64,000 nt of DNA from Leidyana gryllorum EB-2025a (Eukaryota > Protista > Apicomplexa): NCBI GenBank assembly GCA_048772705.1, contig JBLWGC010000104.1:372001-436000 (forward strand), given 5' to 3'. The notes under the pieces are model-generated. The model saw only the letters and a program-made list of their open reading frames with translations, was not told where the DNA came from and ran no database searches. This document shows, piece by piece, positions 56,556 through 64,000 of this stretch; within the stretch, counting starts at the first letter, position 1, and every line of letters starts with the position of its first letter. A program made the position numbers and the translations under genes.

Positions 56556-59500
56556 TTACACTTGTTGTTTCACTAACTACTACTATGCTACGGCTTTCCG
56601 CCGCGGCTGACAAACAAGCTCGTTGGCTATCTGTGTAAGACGGTCAGCTGCGGCTGACTTGATCTGTACCAACTCCGCAGTGAGATCATCGATCTCCTTC
56701 TCCTTGTCAACGGCGAGCGCTTCTGCCTCCTGCAGCTTCTTCTCCAAGTCCTCCAGCTTCGCCTGTACAGACACATATATCACACATACGCCACACCTCT
56801 GATTCACTCACTTGTTGTGTTGATTGGGCGGCTTCTTGTTCCTTCTTGAGCTCTTCCAGCGCTTCTTCGACCCGTTTGCGGCTCAGTTGCTCTTCATTGG
56901 CTCGTTCGGTATCCCTCTGCCGTTTCAAATCCTCTATTTCCCGGGCAACCAAGTCCAAACAGGCGACCTTTTCTTGCAGATCCTGGCGCAAATGCTCGTT
57001 CTACAAACGTAGATTGCAGAGAAACAGCAGACCTAAGACGGTCAGGGTCACCTGTGTCTGTAGCTCGAAGAGTTTCCGAGTATTCTCAAAGGGAACCTGA
57101 GAAACACACAATATATCCGCCTCCCCCATCTCCTCACCTGCTGAGGCTCTTGGGCGGCTTTCTGCAATTGCTCTTCCCGCTTCCGGGCATTCGACTTGGT
57201 CTCTTGGAGCTCCTTCTCCAGCGCCTGATACTTCTCTCTCAGCTTTGACACGTACAGCGCTTGCTCCTCCATCATCTTGTTCTTGATCGTCAAGCCCACC
57301 TCCTTCTCAGCCAGACTCTTCTCCAAGCTCGAGCACCGTCCGTTCACTTTCACGATCTACGCAAGAGGGAAGTGAAGTATGATCAACATCCACACCACAC
57401 AGTCTCATCCACCTACCTGAACGCGCAACTCCTCCCGCTCGACCTCCACAGCCCTCAGACTCTCTCTCAATTCCGCAATGAGATCCATGTGCTCCCCTTC
57501 CTTCTCCTTCAGCGCCTCAAAGTCTTCGAGTGGAGCATTTCGCTTCTTCAACGCGTTGTAAGCCTTTCGGAGGCGACCCAACGAACTGGCCATATCCTGG
57601 CACTCCGCACTGAAGAGAGAAGAGGGATTCGATATGCCGGCGGCCGCCATCCGTCGCTCACCTCAGCTTGGCCACTTCCTCCGCTCGTTGCTGCACGAGA
57701 TTCTGTCGCTGGGTTTCTAGTTTGTCAGCGCGCTGCTTCTCAGTCGCCGCTTCTTCTTCAGCTTTAGCCAACTGCGCGCTCCATTTGAAAAAGGACCAAC
57801 ACTCGCTATCACTCACCGCGCCCGAAAGCTTCTGTATCTCTGACCGAGCCGCGGTCAGATCCGCTTCTCTCTTCTCCTCTTGTGCTCGTGCGTCAGTCAA
57901 TAGTTGCTGAAACGGGAAGAAAGTGTACACAATCTTCGATGATGAGTCGAGTCTCACGTTTAAGGTGGCAACCACGGAATTCCAATGTTTGTCAAGAGCG
58001 TTGAGTTCATCTTCGTGTTTCTTCCGGTTCATTCGCATCTTGTCTTCATTAGCCTTATTGGTATCGGCAATTTCGCGTTGCCAGTTACTGCGCACTTCGG
58101 CGAGCGATTTTTGAAGTGTCAGCAATTCGTGGCTCCTTGTAACAGCTTCACTGCTCAGACATTGCACTTCGTTATCGCGAGCCGCCAAAGCTTCACGTAG
58201 TCGATTCTGCTCATTGCGAAGTTGGGCCTCTCGTTCGGCCGCGTGAGTCTGCAGATTCGCAAACGACCGCTCCCAGTTGGCCAGGGTCTCGTCGTACTGC
58301 AAGATAAAAAGTGACAGGTCTTTCACCGATGATCTCTCCTCCTGTGGCCCCACCTTCTCGCATTTGGCACGTAGATGCCGTCGCTCCTCAGCAAACTCCG
58401 CGGTATCGCGAGATCGTTCGATCGATTTCTCTTGCAGGGCGGCTTCGAGTCTCTGTATCGCTCGTAATGATCGTTGACGATCCGCTTCGGCCTCTCGCAA
58501 TATCTGTCAAAAAAGGGTGACGTCTCCCATCGGTCGCACACACGCGCGTTAACTCACCATGTTTCGTTCCTCGATGGCTGTTGAGACTTGTACATCAGCT
58601 TCATGTAGTATTCCACGAACCACCGATTCCATTTCAGGGTCCAGATGCAATAGTGGGTCGTGTGGGGACAAGGAGGGGAGACCCCGGCAGTCCACAGCGG
58701 CACCTGGACATCCGCTTCCTCCGAATTGACAACTCCGTGCACAGCTGCAGGAATCCGGTATAGATTCGGTCGGGATGGGGCCACCATTGCGCGAATAGCG
58801 GCTTCGCGGTTGAGATCCAAAACACCTCGGCAAGAATGCAGAGGATCCTTGCTGCTCGATGATATCGGTATCGGACGGCACTTCTCCATCGGACAATCGT
58901 TTCAAAAGCTCACACAACAGCTCCTTTGTGGACTGTTGTGCACCTCGTGAGTTGGTATCGCTCGTCTTGTCAATTGCAATCACTTCGCCAAACGTAATGC
59001 CTGGAACACTCTGTCGTCTCCCTGCAGGCATAGACGACTCCTCCGAAGCTGACGACGAATGGGGCCGAGCGTCATCCACTGACGGACGGGAGGTCTGCCG
59101 CCGAGCGGCCTTCCCAGGATGGCCTGTCGACGACGACATACCTCCTCCGCTCAGATTAACACTCGGAGCTCTGCTTCGGCTATGCGATCGGACCGGCAGT
59201 GGTTTGCCAAACAGATTCAGACCACCGAATCGGCGCTTTGTCTCATTCGGACCCCCTTCGCCACTCATGGGCTGATGCTGACCGGACCAGTCGTTATTTG
59301 GTACAGAGGACTTGCGCGGTGGATTGGGCTGTTGTGGAGCCTCACTGGTCCAGTTGCTATCAGACACCGATTTCTTGCTGCTCAGCTGTGCCGCTGCCGA
59401 CGACGTGGTTTGATCATCCTGTGTAGTCAACAGTTGCTGTCCGTCAACGGATACGCCGCCAGCGACAGGTGCCAGCTGAGGAGCTTTCATAGGCGGCGGA

Positions 59501-61020
59501 GAGGCAGGAGGGAGCTTCATGACGGGCGACAGACTGGCAGAGTTCCTGCGGGGAGTCAACGGCTCGCAGACACCACCACCACAAAGCTTCGGAGAGGTCA
59601 GTGGAGGTTGTTGTGTGGGAGCAAACGAGGCAAACTGTAAATGATTAACCATCACTGCCGCAGCTTGCGAGTTATCCATAATGATCGAAGAAGTGCTTGC
59701 AGCACTTCTCTGCCATTGAGTCTTTGTTCCTTCGTCTTCTCCCGCGAGGTGTGTCGAGACTACGCTGTTGGCCTCGTGACCCATCTCTCGATCTTTGGCT
59801 CGACTGCGATCACATGGCAGTAATCGAGCGCCATCACTCTCTTCGGCCACTGTAGCTGTATCCTCCTCCGTCTTATAGTTCAAGCAGATCTGCAACCACG
59901 CATAAGCGTCACTCTCAGCTGCCGTCGCAGTGGCAGCAGCACTATCAGTTCCAAGGAAGGGATATGCCAATAGCTGTGTGGGCGATGACATTCGCAACCA
60001 TGAGCCTCCCTTCGATACACCCAGAGGAGGTGACGATGTCGTCAACGGTTGACGAGTGGCACTTTCACCACTTCCAGGACGCTCCGTGGATACATCATCG
60101 GGTGCAGTCGAGTTTTTTCGGTAAGGGTGGGTGGCTGATGTAGGTGGGGGCCAATCAGACCTCGCAGGTAGCTCCTCCGTGGTGGAACTGTCATCAACAC
60201 AGTGCGCCTGGGCGGTGGGTGGACTAGGTGGCTCCTCTCCCATCCCCCCACCCATACAATCGTATACTAATTCATTGGGAATGGGAGAGGCTGCTGACAA
60301 CTCTTCGTCGTGTTGACGCTGTTCATGGTCTGTTCTGGGGCTTCGCAACGGGGTAGGGTCAACCATGGGAGACTTGATAGGCCATGGGTTGTTGATGTAA
60401 CCCTCCACTTCGTCGTCATCAACTCCATCGTCCAAGGGAATTGAGTCGGCTTCGCTGCCCTCGTGGTGTCCGGGGGTATCGGCAGACAAAGTCCAACTCA
60501 AAACCGATACCTCCTGAGATGGCGGAGGGTCTGACATTTGAGCTGTCAAGATCTCTTCTTCATCGTCAAACAAAAGGTCGTCGAAGAAATGCTCCGATGA
60601 CGACTGCTTGTCACCCACTGTGTGGCGCGGCTGCAAACCTGTTTCGTGTTCCGCTACCTCTGCTCGTTGGGCTCTGCGATAATTCCGTCCTGGTAATGCT
60701 GAGTCACTGCTGGCTAAACTAAGTGCGAACGGAGCTGATGCGATAGCACTGAGGGGTGGGCGACGCCCTGGTAAACTGGCGTCGCAAACGGGACGGTGGC
60801 GTGCTGGCTTGGGGGCAGGACTGGGCTCATTTGACCACGGCGAGGATGAGCGCCAGGGCGGCCTGCTGATCAAAACTGGAGACTGAGTCGTAACCTCTCT
60901 ATCTAGCATTGGACACGGCAAAGCGCAAAGCGACTCCGCAGCCGCCCGAACACACCTTTTCCATGCTGCCTTGGGAATGCTCCCCGGCATAGCCGCCTTC
61001 CCGTCTGGCCATCTCTCCAC
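56556..61020 (-). CDS. Large protein with disordered N-terminus and long C-terminal coiled coil (TACC-like architecture), multi-exon; start uncertain (60990-61020)
   Basis: An S/P-rich 823-aa ORF is followed by E/K/R/Q heptad-rich exons separated by GT-AG introns, ending KEKEIDDLT...LTQIANEL. Confidence 0.6.
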
Positions 61021-61043
61021 AGTTCAAATTTTTCCATAGGCGT

Positions 61044-64000
61044 ATGGCCGAGCCGGCACCCCTGCTCGACTCCAGGGCTTTTCAGGCTCTCTCTAGCTTC
61101 GTCCGGAATGACGTCATTGGTCATAACGCTCAAATTGAAACCCCATATGGTAAGTCAAGGCTTTCAGGGATCTATCAACTCTTTTTAGGCCGTCGCAGGT
61201 TAATCTATGCGGATTATACCGCGTCCGGACGTGCTTTGGGCACAATTGAAGACTTTATCAGACAAAAGGTATGCGTGTGTCTCAAATGATCGCACACCAC
61301 ACTTCCAGGTGCTCCCTGAGTACGGAAATGTCCATTCTGAGTCCACCTCAACGGCCCGCCAGTCTTCTTGTTATCGGGAAGAGGCACGTAGCATTATCCG
61401 TAGCTACTTCAACGCTTCACATGAGGATGCCGTGATCTTCACCGGTAACGGCTCGACTGGCGCGTCCAGTAAGCTTCTGGAGGTGCTGGATCGCGCGGGA
61501 TGGATTCAAAGTCATTCGACCGATCGACGAACGATCTTGGAGACTCGCTGGCACTCTTTTGTCTGTCGAATATGTGATCTGCAACTCAAGAACGAGTCGG
61601 CGTGCAAAGCCCACTTACGCTCCCAAGCGCACTTGACCAAAGTTGTCAATACGCCCAAACGTTTGCCATCGAAGCGAATAATTGTTTTCGTGCTGGACCC
61701 AAGTTTGCATCACAGTAGCTTCCTGCCTTTCCGAGAACTGCGAAATCGCGAGGAAGATGGCGCTTCGATCCGTTTCCACACCGTGTTTATCAACAACGAT
61801 GCGGCTACTGGTCATTGTGACCTGAAGCATTTGTATCAAACACTCAAGACACTTGCAAAGCTGAAGCACGACATTGAGAGCGCGAATGACGACACCTTTC
61901 TGCAAACTTATTGCATTCTGAGTGGTTGTTCGAATGTCTCAGGTATCAAATTACCCGTAGCCAAAGTCAATTCGATGATTCACTCCTTCGGAGCTTTCGC
62001 TTTGTGGGACATGGCTTCGGGATTGGGTCACATGAAGATTGATCTGAGTGCCCAACAAGATATCCCTGGATCCGACATCGATGCTGCCTTTATCTCCCCT
62101 CACAAGTTGATGGGTGGACCAGACACGCCGGGTATTCTGCTGGTGAAGCGGCGAATGCTTATCAATCCGGTTCCCACATCTCCTGGTGGCGGGGTGGTGC
62201 GTTTTGTTAGTAAAGAACAACAACTATACAGTCTGGTAAGTCGACTCGAGAAGAGTGATTGAAGTGACGATCGTTATTGCAGAATAGTGAAGTACGTGAG
62301 GAAGCGGGAACTCCGAATATTGTGGCGTGCATTCGGGCTGGTCTGGTCTTCCGCATGTGTAGTTTGATCCCGCTCGCCATGACGCTGAGTCAAGAGGCAG
62401 AGTATCTCAACACGTTGTTGAAGAGCTGGGTGAAACAACCCAACATACATCTCCTGGGGCCATCGGCTGTTACCAAAATATGGGGCAAAGGCGGTGCAGA
62501 ACACGTCTCCGAAGCGCTGAAAGCCACCGAAGGCAATCTTTGCCATAGGAAAGCCGTTGTTTCCTTCTTGGTCAAGTATGGCAACGGCACGAAAGACGAC
62601 CCCCAGGCCGGAGACGAGACATTTGAGCAGACACAAGAGGTGCCTACAGCTGATGGTACGAAAACGATCACCACTTTCAAGTATCGGAGTCGACGAACAC
62701 GGGGAGGTCTCTTTCTCCATCATAACTTTGTTTGTGCCGTGCTGAACGACGTGTTCGGAATTCAAGCTCGCCCCGGCTGTGCCTGCGCTGGTCCTTTAGC
62801 GCATGAGCTTCTCGATCTTGACCAATCGTTGGTGCGACAATTCGCTGATTGCTTGGAGGAAAGCGGGGCAGAGGTCCTTCGTCCAGGTTTCACTCGTATA
62901 TCTCTCCACTACAGTATGAACTGGGACGACATTGAGATCATCGACGCTGCCGTGAAATGGATATCGACCAATGGCTGGAAGCTTCTGCCTTTCTACACTT
63001 TCCACACGGACAGTGGCGAGTGGACGCAGAATGTCGTGAAGCCGTCCAAGTTTAGACAGTGGTTGAGTGTCTTGAGAACAGCTCCCAGGGGCAAAGACTG
63101 GATATTCACCACGGATAAGGAGGTCACCAATGACTCTTCTGGCGGGAGCAACACGGAGGACTCTCCTGTGACCAAAAGAGATCCCAGGAAGATCGTCGGC
63201 GCTGTGGCTCTCCCAGGCATGGGAGGGGCTATGGACGAGTTGAAAAATACTCTCGCCCAGAGGAAGAACATCTTGAAGAAGGCCGGGACCAATGCCACGG
63301 CTCCCAAGCCAGCAGCCCCCAAAAGTACACCTGGAGAGTTCCTCGGTGGAGAGGGCCTCAAGCCAAGCGACATCCTGAAACGTCGACGCAGTATGGGAAT
63401 GAAAGATGCCCCAGTTCCCGGAAACTCCACCACACCATCGAATACGGAGTTGAGGACGTCGAAAAGGGCACCAACTGTTCCCGCTTCGTTGCACGCGACC
63501 GCATTAGCTGAAGCCGTTTCCAAGAAGAACGAAGCTCCGTCTCAAGTGGTGGAGGTGCGACCGATGGCGGCAGCACCGACTGAAGAGACGGGTGTTCGAA
63601 GGTTGGCAAATGTAGCTGTGAACAAATCAGCAGCACCGGCCGCTAAACCTGGAAAGGTGGTGGAAGTTGCCAAGGCGGTGGATGTGAACAACAATAACAC
63701 GGAGACGGAAGAGGAGGACGAAGGCCACACCAGTGCGGCATTCTTGGACCCGGATGTGATCCGGATAATCACTCGTGGAGAGGACACTGTGCCCGAGGAG
63801 CTGGGTGAATACTATGTGGCCGCGAATCGGCTCATTGACGCTCTGACGTACTCCGGCTCAGATAAGAACGCATCTTCCGTCCAGTTTGAGAGACGGTTGG
63901 CCAATTTGAATAAGAGGGGGTTAACACCTCCTCTTCCGGCCGAATATGCCCATCTTCTGTGGTTTGCGTTGCCGGGGGATGCGGTGTACTCCCTCGGGCT
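61044..64000 (+). CDS. Class V PLP aminotransferase / cysteine-desulfurase-like protein with inserted C2H2 zinc finger; runs off the window
   Basis: IYADYTASGR, YGNVHS, VIFTGNGSTG, SNVSG, ISPHKLMGGP.TPG.L, EEAGTPNI, LNDVFGIQAR.GCACAGP and RPGFTRISL. Confidence 0.92.

Overview
This is a 64-kb piece of a very compact eukaryotic genome with short GT-AG introns (mostly 40-77 nt) and tiny intergenic gaps. From recall, its SUMO and SAR1 sequences resemble apicomplexan ones, so a gregarine-like alveolate is a plausible source (inference). About 35 genes can be traced. Housekeeping genes include DusA, RCHY1/Pirh2, NAP, PME-1, PYM1, a monothiol glutaredoxin, AMPK/SNF1, SAR1, SUMO, a chorein-N lipid-transfer protein and a class V aminotransferase. 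There are also four tandem SLC35F6-like transporters, two carbonyl-reductase paralogs, a GPI-type surface protein and several bacterial-type enzymes (arginine deiminase, FAD monooxygenase, D-2-hydroxyacid dehydrogenase). The most notable items are: (1) an 11.6-kb co-oriented array of orphan genes built from about 11-12 copies of an unrecognised ~170-200-aa domain, bracketed by three related ankyrin-repeat genes; (2) a full-length, multi-exon P1B (Cu-type) ATPase homolog whose catalytic and metal-binding motifs have all degenerated; (3) a catalytically dead SDR paralog; (4) an intron-hosted box C/D snoRNA candidate in PME-1 and a structured long intron in AMPK; (5) a recurring GTCAAA / T-tract element just upstream of start codons. 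All family calls come from motif recognition by eye, and no database search was run.
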